Below are positions 40,828-49,863 of a DNA stretch of 64,000 nt, one piece after another (the stretch's first letter is position 1; the number at the start of each line of letters is the position of its first letter). The stretch lies in the NCBI GenBank assembly GCA_027036135.1, contig JALVSY010000016.1, forward strand, positions 64,001 to 128,000. Reading direction: 5' to 3'. The notes beneath the pieces were generated by a model. It did no database searches. It was given only the letters and a program-made list of their open reading frames with translations, and was not told the origin of the DNA. The position numbers and the translations under genes were made by a program. Source of the DNA: Pyrodictiaceae archaeon (GTDB taxonomy: Archaea > Thermoproteota > Thermoprotei_A > Sulfolobales > Pyrodictiaceae).

Positions 40828-41316
40828 GGCTTCTCCCTTGCCGAAATCGATAAACGCAATGGCAAAGACCGAGTCGCTTCTTCGCGTGGGTCTCTTATCG
40901 GGCCTAGAGTATTAAGAGGTTTAGGCGCTTAATGCAAGCGCTCATGCAGGAAAAGACCAGAGGCGTATCGGAAAAGCTAGGACAAGTCAAAGGCTATATG
41001 GGTTTAACTATTCCTTTGTCTAAACTAGTGCTAGTTACCCGGTATGGGTAGAGATGATTAGTGCTAGTGAAAAAGCAATAAGAGAATAAGCACAAGGACT
41101 AGGTAGAGCAGGCTCATTTTCCCTGCACCTATCTCGTATGCACAATATCGGTAGGGATTTATTAGCTATTTTTGTACTGTAGCCTGGTTACAGTAGGGAC
41201 TGAAGAGCTAAGCGTCCTGAACGTTATTGGCTCAATAATGTCCGGGGGTAAGGCTGAATAGAGGCTAGATAGTTCAAGAGGTCACCAAGGACTCCGAGCG
41301 GAGGTGCCATGGGGTC

Positions 41317-41520
41317 TTGGCGGTCAAGGTGCGAATCCTCGGCGATGGAGAGAAGGAGGTAGCATACAGGGAGGGTATGAGGGTCGTTGATGTTCTCCGC
41401 GAACTCAGCTTGCTCGAGAACGAGTACGTTGTTGTGCGCCGGGGAAAAGTTGTAGCTGAGGACGAGGAACTCGTTGATGGGGACGAGCTAGTCTTGTACC
41501 CGGTGGTGTCTGGTGGCTAA
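41317..41520 (+). CDS. Ubiquitin-like sulfur carrier (SAMP/TtuB/ThiS-like)
   Basis: 67 aa ending PVVSGG; overlaps the next gene. Confidence 0.9.
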   Translation: MAVKVRILGDGEKEVAYREGMRVVDVLRELSLLENEYVVVRRGKVVAEDEELVDGDELVLYPVVSGG

Positions 41521-42538
41521 GTGCAGTATCTGTGGAAGACCGGCAATATACGTCTCTAGGGCCTCTGGGCTAGCTTTCTGCGAGAAGCACTTCCTTGAGT
41601 ACTTTAGCAGGAAAGTCAGGAGAACGATGCGCAAGTACCGGATGTTTGGGCCACGTGAGCACATCGTGGTCGCCGTGTCGGGTGGCAAGGACTCTATGTC
41701 TCTTCTTCACTTCCTCCACAACTTGTCCAAGAGAGTGCCTGGGTGGCGTGTTACAGCTCTTCTAATCGATGAGGGGATTAAGGGGTACCGCGAGTATACG
41801 ATTAAGCGCTTTTTCCGCTTCGTTGAGGAGAACAATATTGATTACAAGATAGTGGGCTTCAGGGAGGAGATAGGCTACACGCTCGACGAAATAGTAAAGA
41901 TGGGAAGAGAGCGGGGGCTCCCCTATCTTCCTTGTACCTATTGCGGTGTCTTTCGACGCTACCTCCTCAACAAGGCAGCTAGGGAGATGGGTGGAACAGT
42001 TGTCGCGACAGGCCATAATCTCGACGACATAGTGCAGACCTATCTCATGAACATAATTGGTAATGATTGGGCAAAGATAGTCCGCTTAGGCCCGGTCTCT
42101 GGGCCTTCTCATCACCCGAAGTTCGTTAGGAAGGTTAAGCCCTTCTACGAGGTGCTCGAGAAGGAGACCACGATATATGCTATAATCCATGGGCTCTACG
42201 ACGGCTTCGAGGAGTGCCCTTATGCGCCCCTCAGTATACGCTGGAACATAAGGAAGATGATTAACCAGCTCGAGGAGAGAAGCCCTGGGGCCAAGTACTC
42301 GTTGCTGAGGAGCCTCGAGACAGCTATAGATATCCTGAGGAAGCATGGCATTGGCGAGGAGGAGCAACTATATACTTGCGCGATATGCGGGGAGCCCTCT
42401 GCCCACCCTATTTGCAGGGCTTGCCAACTAAAACTAGAGCTAGGTATACTAAGGCTCAGCGAGGAGCGCATACGGAGCCTACCCGAGAAGGCACGCAGAA
42501 TGGTTGAAGCAGCTATTCGGAGAGGCGAGAAGAGATGA
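41513..42538 (+). CDS. ttuA: tRNA 2-thiolation enzyme TtuA/NcsA
   Basis: N- and C-terminal Zn fingers, SGGKDS PP-loop, CTYCGVFRR, TGHNLDD, ECPY. Confidence 0.92.
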   Translation: MAKCSICGRPAIYVSRASGLAFCEKHFLEYFSRKVRRTMRKYRMFGPREHIVVAVSGGKDSMSLLHFLHNLSKRVPGWRVTALLIDEGIKGYREYTIKRFFRFVEENNIDYKIVGFREEIGYTLDEIVKMGRERGLPYLPCTYCGVFRRYLLNKAAREMGGTVVATGHNLDDIVQTYLMNIIGNDWAKIVRLGPVSGPSHHPKFVRKVKPFYEVLEKETTIYAIIHGLYDGFEECPYAPLSIRWNIRKMINQLEERSPGAKYSLLRSLETAIDILRKHGIGEEEQLYTCAICGEPSAHPICRACQLKLELGILRLSEERIRSLPEKARRMVEAAIRRGEKR

Positions 42539-42984
42539 GCTGCTTCTATAGGCTTCCCCGAGCAATAGATATCAATGCCGCCTCTAGGGTGCTGCGCTCT
42601 AGGCGGAAACTACTCATAGTCGGTAGGTGCCTTGAGGCTGAGAAGCCCTGGGTTCTCGAGAAGTTCCCCGAGGAGGAGTATGCTAAGATAACTGTATGCC
42701 TAGAGGCAGAGCACGTTAACCACGTGGGCTTCAAGGTAGCAGGAATACTTGCTAGGGTGCCCTTCGAGGAGGTAGCGGTAGTGACTACTGACGGTAGTAT
42801 GCACTGTGTACAGCTCCACTTCATGCTAGAGGAGATATATAAGATAATGAAGCCAAGTGCTAAGAGAAGACACTTCGTCGTCCACGGCGATGAGTTGGTA
42901 GAGGTGCCCCCGGAGGCTGTTAGGACAGCACGCTACTTGTCAAAAGTAGCTAGTCTCCTCGGGAAGAAAGCTGGGCAAGCTTAG
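42535..42984 (+). CDS. Conserved Cys/His protein, possible Fe-S binding
   Basis: GRC, VCLE.EH, DGSMHCVQLH; ATGA overlap with ttuA. Confidence 0.7.
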   Translation: MSCFYRLPRAIDINAASRVLRSRRKLLIVGRCLEAEKPWVLEKFPEEEYAKITVCLEAEHVNHVGFKVAGILARVPFEEVAVVTTDGSMHCVQLHFMLEEIYKIMKPSAKRRHFVVHGDELVEVPPEAVRTARYLSKVASLLGKKAGQA

Positions 42985-43381
42985 CGAGGTCATCTAGGTC
43001 CTCATTGCTCATGAAGCCTAGTTGCTGCTTACACAGAATCCTAGGATTAACAATGCCTTGCTCAACCATGGAGTATAGTCGGTCAACGAAGCGATAGAAA
43101 TCCCTATAGTTACGGTAACCCCAGTAACCGAATATGAACGCTATTAGGCTAGCAAGTGCAGCAACCAGCGGCCCCGTTGAGAACATGTACTTAGCGATAC
43201 CAACGAACACAACCCAGGCAGTCACTATCAGGCCTATAGTAAGCCACTTGGTTATAGAGGCGGCTATCTCCGCCTCGCGCCTAGCCCTAGCAAGGAAATC
43301 GAGAATCTCGTCACGACTACATGGCATAGGCTCTAACAAGTAGCGATAAACACCGCGAACCACTAGCGAGCCCCAAGGCAC
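42950..43381 (-). CDS. Hypothetical membrane protein (2 TM)
   Basis: 143-aa ORF with two hydrophobic helices. Confidence 0.65.
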   Translation of the reverse strand: MPWGSLVVRGVYRYLLEPMPCSRDEILDFLARARREAEIAASITKWLTIGLIVTAWVVFVGIAKYMFSTGPLVAALASLIAFIFGYWGYRNYRDFYRFVDRLYSMVEQGIVNPRILCKQQLGFMSNEDLDDLAKLAQLSSRGD

Positions 43382-43534
43382 ACAGTCCCGGTAAGGAGAG
43401 CAATAAGCGCCTCGCCTCCTACAATCTTCTTTAGGCTTCTCGTTATTGGTTTTTAGCTACGGTATTTGCCCTGCGATGTAGAGCAGACACTTATTAAAGG
43501 GTTAGATTGATACTGAATAGCTGGGTATACAATA

Positions 43535-43786
43535 ATGAGTTTGGCTATCGAGACAAGGGTTGGAAAGAAGAGAGTAGTTGTTATACCCAAGGCAATTGCA
43601 GAAGCAGTTGGGTTATCAGAGGGCCAGAGAATCAGGATCCGGGCAGAGGACGGAAGAGTAATCATAGAGCCTGTTAGAGATGCCCTCTGGCTTGCACTGC
43701 ACGGAAGAAAGATAGGCTACATTGAGGCAGAGGAGCTGGAGGAGGAGAGCCTTCGTGAGCAGGAGAAACTCGCGTCTACTACTTGA
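43535..43786 (+). CDS. vapB: AbrB/MazE-fold antitoxin (VapB)
   Basis: RVGKK..VVIPKAI.E.VGL.EG; acidic C-terminus; overlaps PIN gene. Confidence 0.88.
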   Translation: MSLAIETRVGKKRVVVIPKAIAEAVGLSEGQRIRIRAEDGRVIIEPVRDALWLALHGRKIGYIEAEELEEESLREQEKLASTT

Positions 43787-44195
43787 CACCTCCTTTCTTC
43801 TCCCAGTACTGGGTTTCGAGACTTCCCAGAGAGTTATGAAGACGTTACCAAGCTTAGCCAGGTACGAGCTCTACTATAATGAGATAAGCTTGCTAGAGGC
43901 TCTCTGGAAAATCGTAAAGATTCTAAGAGACAAGTCACCAAGCGATATTGAAAGAGTTGTTGAAGGTGTACAAGCAATTATAGATACTATGACCCATGCA
44001 TCCTTGACGAGCGATGCTGTAAGACAAGCTATACTTATGTATATAATGGGTCATCGTGACATGATTGATAATATTCTCTACTCAATAGCCTTGGCACATG
44101 ATTTAGTATTACTGACAGTGGATAATAACTTGGTAAGATTTATACATGAGCATAATCTCTCAAAGGAGCACATAATTACGCCCGAGGAACTCTGA
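43755..44195 (+). CDS. vapC: PIN-domain toxin (VapC)
   Basis: LLDTSFL, SLLE, DMIDNIL...A, LLTVD; GTG 43755 likely start. Confidence 0.88.
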   Translation: MSRRNSRLLLDTSFLLPVLGFETSQRVMKTLPSLARYELYYNEISLLEALWKIVKILRDKSPSDIERVVEGVQAIIDTMTHASLTSDAVRQAILMYIMGHRDMIDNILYSIALAHDLVLLTVDNNLVRFIHEHNLSKEHIITPEEL

Positions 44196-44401
44196 GTTTC
44201 ATCTATCCCTCTGGTAACCGAATAATAGCAGGCGCAAAGAGTATTGAAGCCTATGATTACTCGTGGTGCGGTATCTAGCTCGTTGTTCTGATAAGCTTGC
44301 TCTGTTATCTATTAGCCTGCTATTAGTGGAAGTTGTAAATACCTCTCCTAGGGGTAGTTAGTATCGGGGTGCACCAATCCTCCTAGGGGGGTGCAAAAGG
44401 C

Positions 44402-45088
44402 GTGGTTAAGACTGTTGTATTCGTTGGGAAAGATGTAATAGAGGAGAATGCTAAGCTAGCTCAGCGTCTCCGCGAGCTTTACGACAAGTACGGTGTAATT
44501 GTCTATGAGTTCCTAGGTGGCCCGGGTAGCGGGAAGACTAGTCTTATCGAGAGGCTTGTCCCCATTATGTTGCGAGAGTATAGGCCGGAGCGGATACTCT
44601 ACATAGGCGGTGATGTAGCGACAACACTTGATACCGAGAGGATAGCGAAGCTGGGCATAAGGACTGTGCAGATAAACACTGGGGGCACATGCCACCTTGA
44701 GGTACCTCATATCGAGGCTACGCTGAAGCAGCTTGGTGGAGAGGAGATCCTAAGAGACCTCGACGTAATAATCATAGAGAACGTGGGCAACCTTATATGC
44801 CCGTTTAACTTCCCGCTAGGCGCGCATGCACGGATAATGGTTGTTAGCGTCGCTGAGGGCAAGGACAAGTTCATAAAGCACCCGGTTAGCACCAAGGTCA
44901 GCGACATAATAGTGATAAACAAGATAGACCTGGCCAAGGCTGTCGGGGTCAACGTAGACTATATGATAAAGACTGCTAAGGAGATAAACCCGAGAGCACC
45001 AATAATTCTTGCAAGCGCTAAGACTGGTGAAGGCGTAGAGAAGCTATACCAGGTTATGAAGGAGCACATAAAACGAGAAAGAACCTAG
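44402..45088 (+). CDS. hypB: Hydrogenase nickel incorporation GTPase
   Basis: GPGSGKT, NTGGTCH, ENVGNLICP, NKID. Confidence 0.96.
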   Translation: MVKTVVFVGKDVIEENAKLAQRLRELYDKYGVIVYEFLGGPGSGKTSLIERLVPIMLREYRPERILYIGGDVATTLDTERIAKLGIRTVQINTGGTCHLEVPHIEATLKQLGGEEILRDLDVIIIENVGNLICPFNFPLGAHARIMVVSVAEGKDKFIKHPVSTKVSDIIVINKIDLAKAVGVNVDYMIKTAKEINPRAPIILASAKTGEGVEKLYQVMKEHIKRERT

Positions 45089-45116
45089 GCCTTTTAGTCA
45101 CGGGGACTGGGGCTCC

Positions 45117-45542
45117 TTGCACGAAACCAGCATAGCACTAAGCATACTAGCCGCAATAGAGGATGTCTTCAACCAGACCCCGGGGGCAAAGAAGATAACC
45201 AAGATAAAGCTGAGAATAGGGATGCTAAGCCTCATAGACATAGAGGCGCTCAAGTTCGCGCTAATGGTCGCGTCCCGAGGAACCCCTGCCGAGGGCGCAG
45301 AGGTAGAGTACACTATTGAGCCGCCCGTGTTCCGCTGCAACAAGTGCGGCTACGAGTGGAGCATTGAGGAAGATGAGTTAAACAAGCTAGTGGAGGAGTA
45401 TGGGCTACAATCGGCTATGCACCTACACCCCGATATAATAACGAAGTATTTTCATTGTCCGCGATGCGGCTCAACAGACATAGAGATTAAGCGGGGAAGA
45501 GGAGTCATAATAGAGAGCGTTGAGATAGATACAGAGGCCTAA
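45117..45542 (+). CDS. hypA: Hydrogenase nickel metallochaperone
   Basis: MHE start, CNKC...CPRC. Confidence 0.96.
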   Translation: MHETSIALSILAAIEDVFNQTPGAKKITKIKLRIGMLSLIDIEALKFALMVASRGTPAEGAEVEYTIEPPVFRCNKCGYEWSIEEDELNKLVEEYGLQSAMHLHPDIITKYFHCPRCGSTDIEIKRGRGVIIESVEIDTEA

Positions 45543-45617
45543 GCCATTCCCCCCATTCATTTTTATACGATAACATATTGTAGCATAATAGACTAGATAC
45601 TTGTTGAGGCTGGGATA

Positions 45618-46034
45618 ATGGTTGTTAAGACCGGCATAGCTTTCCCAGACAAGGTCTACGAGGAACTGAATAGAATAACTAAGGAAATGGGCTACACGAG
45701 TATATCAAAGGCTGTTAGGGACGCTGTCGAGCTGTTTATAGCCTTCAATAAATGGTGGTCGGCACGTGGAGGCGTAGCCGGAGTAATACTAGTTATGTTG
45801 CCGCGCTCAGCTGAGCAGAGCCAGCGCAGACTAACAACGATACTTAGCTCAGCAGACACTGTTCTCAGCTACTACTATACTTCTCTCGGCGATTATGCCA
45901 TCTACATAGTTGTTGTCGCTGGCCAGGGACCTGGAGTGAAAAAGCTCTACAAGGAGCTAACACGAATCGAGGGTGTCCTTGCTGTCCAGCCCTCGCTCCT
46001 GCCGCTCCCGCTAGAGAAGACCCATAAGAGCTAG
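45618..46034 (+). CDS. nikR: NikR-like ribbon-helix-helix regulator
   Basis: N-terminal RHH (GIAFP...GYTSISKAVRDA) plus ACT-like C-domain; the canonical Ni-binding His/Cys residues are not evident. Confidence 0.7.
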   Translation: MVVKTGIAFPDKVYEELNRITKEMGYTSISKAVRDAVELFIAFNKWWSARGGVAGVILVMLPRSAEQSQRRLTTILSSADTVLSYYYTSLGDYAIYIVVVAGQGPGVKKLYKELTRIEGVLAVQPSLLPLPLEKTHKS

Positions 46035-46553
46035 GAATCGTGTCGCGTCATCAAGCTTCTTGGTAAACTCGTTAAACCATGCAAGGACTAGGTCTCTGCG
46101 CTTAGCAACATAATCCATAGTGTCAGGCAAGTACATCACCTTGGCCCCCAGTGCCTGGAACGGAGCAAGGATCTCCGGATACTTCTCGGTATCCACTAGC
46201 TTCTTGTCCACAAGGCTTAGCCTGCGACTCCATACATCGACCTCGAAAGTCGATAAGAGGTGAGGATGATGACCCACCGCGACAGGAACCATGTATGGAT
46301 AATACTCCTTTACCTCCCCGCCACAGACCAGCCCGATTTTCACGCCCCATACACTGACATAGTCCGAGTCGAGAACAAGATAGTTGCAGTTCTCGCCCTC
46401 CTCGCTAGCAGGGATGAGCGATGCATAGAGTACTCCTTTACCCTTATCGTTTAAGACAAGTATAGTGCGCTTATCTATCCTCTTAGCAGCTATAGGAAAG
46501 CCCCGGCGTAACGCTTCCCTAACAGCTCCTATGGCTAAACTAGCTAGCTCCAA
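46011..46553 (-). CDS. Hypothetical protein
   Basis: 180-aa ORF with GGAGGTG SD upstream. Confidence 0.7.
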   Translation of the reverse strand: MELASLAIGAVREALRRGFPIAAKRIDKRTILVLNDKGKGVLYASLIPASEEGENCNYLVLDSDYVSVWGVKIGLVCGGEVKEYYPYMVPVAVGHHPHLLSTFEVDVWSRRLSLVDKKLVDTEKYPEILAPFQALGAKVMYLPDTMDYVAKRRDLVLAWFNEFTKKLDDATRFLALMGLL

Positions 46554-46720
46554 GACCGCTAAGCACCTCCTTGCTAGTAGCTTGCCGAGTTATTCACATC
46601 TAGCATTAGGCCGAGTTAAGGCTATAATAGTGGATTGTCCGTGAATAGGGAACCAGAGGAAATTATTTCAAAAACTGTTAGGGAAGGAATTTTTGCTTGC
46701 GTTTGCTATGAAAAATTGAG

Positions 46721-48673
46721 TTAGCTGTAGTGTGTCGATGTTATCATCTTCTTTACAGTCTTGATTGTTCTCCCGTTCTTAGTGAATGTTATGTGTGCTG
46801 CACATGCTAGACATGGGTCGAAGCTCCTTATTGCTCTGACATAGTCTAGTCCTGTCCAGTTCTTGGGGTTCGTCTCCTCGGTTATGTAGGTGTTTACTGC
46901 GCTTTCCTCAAACGGGCTTCTACCATAGATATCGTAGGGACTTACATTACCAGTGGTTGGTGCATGTATCTGTATATTGAGTACTTTGCCGCTGCGTTGT
47001 ACCATCCAGTGCCTCACGGTTCCTCTTGGTGCCTCGATGAAGCCTACGCCGAATGTTATCCTGTTCGGCTTCTTCCAGGGCCTGCTAGCGTACTTCTTGC
47101 CCTTAGCTATGTACTCTTGTGCCTTTGTGATGTTGTTCCATGCCCCGACGACGTCTATCATCATGTTAAATGCCCTGGCCCATAGCCTATATATGGTAGA
47201 GCTATAGTCTGGTACTTTCCACTCGAAGCTCATCTCCTCGCAGACGCTCCCCGGTAGCTCATCGGTGCATGCCCGTGGTAGTGTTACCTTTAGTACTCCG
47301 TTGCCATTGCTCTTGAAGAGCCCTAGGTAGTCGCTTGCTACCTGCATGCTTGTTACCTTGAGCCTAGCGTATGGCCCTACCTCGAACGGTGTTATAGTGC
47401 CATCCTTCCATACTAGCCTGACGTGTGTCGCCCAGCTGTACTTGCCGTCCCAGTTCCTTGCTGTCGGGTTCGGTATTGTCACTTTTAGCCATGGGTGGAA
47501 TACTGGTGCGTTAATAGTCTTTCCGAGGATGTCGCTTGTATATTTTGTCCACTTGCCCCAGTTCAGTGTATTGCCTAGCGGGTCCTTGAACCCCATCTTC
47601 TCTAGCTCGCCGTACCATGGTAGCTCGTGCACTTTGTCTGCCCAGTCCTTGTAGAACGCGTGCTGTACATGCTCGAAGATGCTGACCTGGTACTCTGCAT
47701 AGCTATCGGTCACTAGTTTGCCGCGGAGCACGACACCAGGCTTAATTATTCTCTTCCTAGCGGCCTTGTCGATTCCCTTATAGAACTCCTCCCACTCTAC
47801 ATAGCACTCCTTGTCCCAGGCACCGCAGCCACCTATGCTCGCATACTCCTCTGGGTCATCGAATATACCGCCACTACCAATAGCGCCTACCGTTGACTTC
47901 GCAGGGTTCGGGTTATAGCTCATACCGTTCTCTGCATAGTTGTGCTTGTTGACGTAGAAGTCGAAGAGATCCCAGAGCACCGTGTACACGAACTTAGCCC
48001 ATGCCGTTAGCTTTACTAGGCGGAACATGTAACCCATCAGTATGTACTCGTGGTTCGTCAAGTCAGTGGCTACACCGCCTGGTACTAGTGTTGATGGGTG
48101 ACTATGTCTACCATATATTAGTACGCCTGCTTCTCGCGCAATTCTCTGGAACGTTACTGCTAGTTGCCATAGCTTACCAGTTATCGGTGTCAAGGCATTC
48201 ATTATATCAGCTATTGTTGTGAAGCCATGTATGTCGCGGTGCTCGGCAAGAGTCTTCTTAGCATCCTCGTAGACACTCTTAGTCATTAGAGCTACTACTG
48301 GGCTGCTGTAGTCCGGGCCCTCCAGCATTAGCAGTATTATAGTGTGGTCGTAGACATGATCCGTCACGGCATAGGCCATGTTTCTTAGAGCTACACCTAG
48401 CGGTGTCGGCGAGACACCATATACCATGTCCGCGGTTATTACGTCTGCGTTGGCGTGGCTTGCTCCGCAGACTCCGCAGACACGGCTAGTTACGTGCGGC
48501 AAGTCCTCCGGCGGCCTACCTAGCCCAAATACCTCGAAGCCGCGGAACATTGTAACGAAGCTCCTAACACTACTTGGTATTGCTCTCCTCTTATCGGTAT
48601 CAACTATTACTCGTAGACCTAGATGGCCCTCGATACGCGTTATGGGGTCTATTATCATCTTGCGCTGTACCAT
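46721..48673 (-). CDS. Group 1 [NiFe]-hydrogenase large subunit
   Basis: IDPITRIEGH, L1 RVCGVC, EAPRG, L2 DPCLACAAH plus cleavable C-terminal tail. Confidence 0.97.
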   Translation of the reverse strand: MVQRKMIIDPITRIEGHLGLRVIVDTDKRRAIPSSVRSFVTMFRGFEVFGLGRPPEDLPHVTSRVCGVCGASHANADVITADMVYGVSPTPLGVALRNMAYAVTDHVYDHTIILLMLEGPDYSSPVVALMTKSVYEDAKKTLAEHRDIHGFTTIADIMNALTPITGKLWQLAVTFQRIAREAGVLIYGRHSHPSTLVPGGVATDLTNHEYILMGYMFRLVKLTAWAKFVYTVLWDLFDFYVNKHNYAENGMSYNPNPAKSTVGAIGSGGIFDDPEEYASIGGCGAWDKECYVEWEEFYKGIDKAARKRIIKPGVVLRGKLVTDSYAEYQVSIFEHVQHAFYKDWADKVHELPWYGELEKMGFKDPLGNTLNWGKWTKYTSDILGKTINAPVFHPWLKVTIPNPTARNWDGKYSWATHVRLVWKDGTITPFEVGPYARLKVTSMQVASDYLGLFKSNGNGVLKVTLPRACTDELPGSVCEEMSFEWKVPDYSSTIYRLWARAFNMMIDVVGAWNNITKAQEYIAKGKKYASRPWKKPNRITFGVGFIEAPRGTVRHWMVQRSGKVLNIQIHAPTTGNVSPYDIYGRSPFEESAVNTYITEETNPKNWTGLDYVRAIRSFDPCLACAAHITFTKNGRTIKTVKKMITSTHYS

Positions 48674-48799
48674 ACCTACTCACCCACCCATAAACCTCCT
48701 TGTCTCTGCAAACATCACCTATTTATACATAACTATGTACATGAAATCCGGAGTATGTAACTAAATAAATACGTACATTATCTAAAAAACTATTATGGA

Positions 48800-49843
48800 T
48801 CAAGTCTTTGTCTCCTCCTTTACAACACCCTTTTTGACGAGGTACTCGTACCAAGCTGGGTGTTCCTCCTTGATGCGGGCAAGCGGCATCTTGCCATGTA
48901 TGTATGTTGGATCCATTGGGAACGTTGATGGGTTCAGATGCACATAGACTATGTGTACCATTAGTATCCACGAGATTGCTAGTACAGCTTCCTTGACATG
49001 CGTTATCCAGAATACTCCATTAAGTACCTGGGGGCCCCATATGCTCATTATTGCGCCTGGTATGCCTAGTACTGCCATACCCCAGTAGACGCCCCAGTAC
49101 TCGAACATCTCCTCACAATCATACTTGTGAATCTTCGGCATCTTGCCGAGCTTTGGATGAATAGTGTACAGCAATCTGTTAATAAGATCCTTGAAGAACT
49201 GTAGCGTGAATATTCTCAGTATAGGCCACTTGTCGAGCATGCTTTCTCTTCTGGACGGCGAGAATAGATCCATGAAGAACCTTGTTGTGTAGTAGCCGAA
49301 GTGTAGCAGTACTATTACTCCCATAAGCCACCCTGATATCACGTGTATCTTTACGTAGAGATCTCTGCTTACGTACAGCATGTGCCAATATGGGTTATTA
49401 GCAAGATACATCTCGAACCCGGTAAAGGCACATAGTATGAACGTTATGATTACCCAGATGTGCTGTATTCTCTGCCATAGCGAGAATCTTAGTACCCATA
49501 TATCACGCTTGCCTTCCTCGCTCTTGTAGTAGAGTCTCCACTTCTTTTGCTCTCGTGCTCGTATAGCAAAGTTGCCCAGGCTCCACCATGTACCAAAGAA
49601 CCCAAGTAGTATTATCAGTATGTCGAAGGCGACACTTAGGAAGTCACGCCACCATAAAGTACTCTTTAGATTCATCTCTGATAAGAGCTTGAAGAACTGG
49701 TGAAGGCCGCCTTCTGCCTCGAAGGGCTTCCAGCCTAGGAAGTATATTATTGTCCAGGTGCCGCCAACGAATATGGTAACTAGTATCCAATCGGCTATCA
49801 GATACGCCGTCCACAGACGCTTAGTAGTTGTGGTCGCGCTCAT
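48800..49843 (-). CDS. Cytochrome b membrane subunit of hydrogenase
   Basis: RFS..QRIQH...TG, four TM His (QHIW, IHVI, THVK, VHIV), HP.WYE tail; extra N-terminal TM pair. Confidence 0.88.
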   Translation of the reverse strand: MSATTTTKRLWTAYLIADWILVTIFVGGTWTIIYFLGWKPFEAEGGLHQFFKLLSEMNLKSTLWWRDFLSVAFDILIILLGFFGTWWSLGNFAIRAREQKKWRLYYKSEEGKRDIWVLRFSLWQRIQHIWVIITFILCAFTGFEMYLANNPYWHMLYVSRDLYVKIHVISGWLMGVIVLLHFGYYTTRFFMDLFSPSRRESMLDKWPILRIFTLQFFKDLINRLLYTIHPKLGKMPKIHKYDCEEMFEYWGVYWGMAVLGIPGAIMSIWGPQVLNGVFWITHVKEAVLAISWILMVHIVYVHLNPSTFPMDPTYIHGKMPLARIKEEHPAWYEYLVKKGVVKEETKT

Positions 49844-49863
49844 CTTATCACCCTTACCTAGTT

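Noticed and set aside
40932-41051. 39-codon ORF in the DUF1646/SAMP intergenic region
   Set aside because: No SD motif, recognisable motif or hydrophobic segment to support it.
44340-44400. Short direct repeats CCTAGGGG and GGGGTGCA before hypB
   Set aside because: Only two copies of 8 bp, overlapping SD-like sequence, with no array structure.
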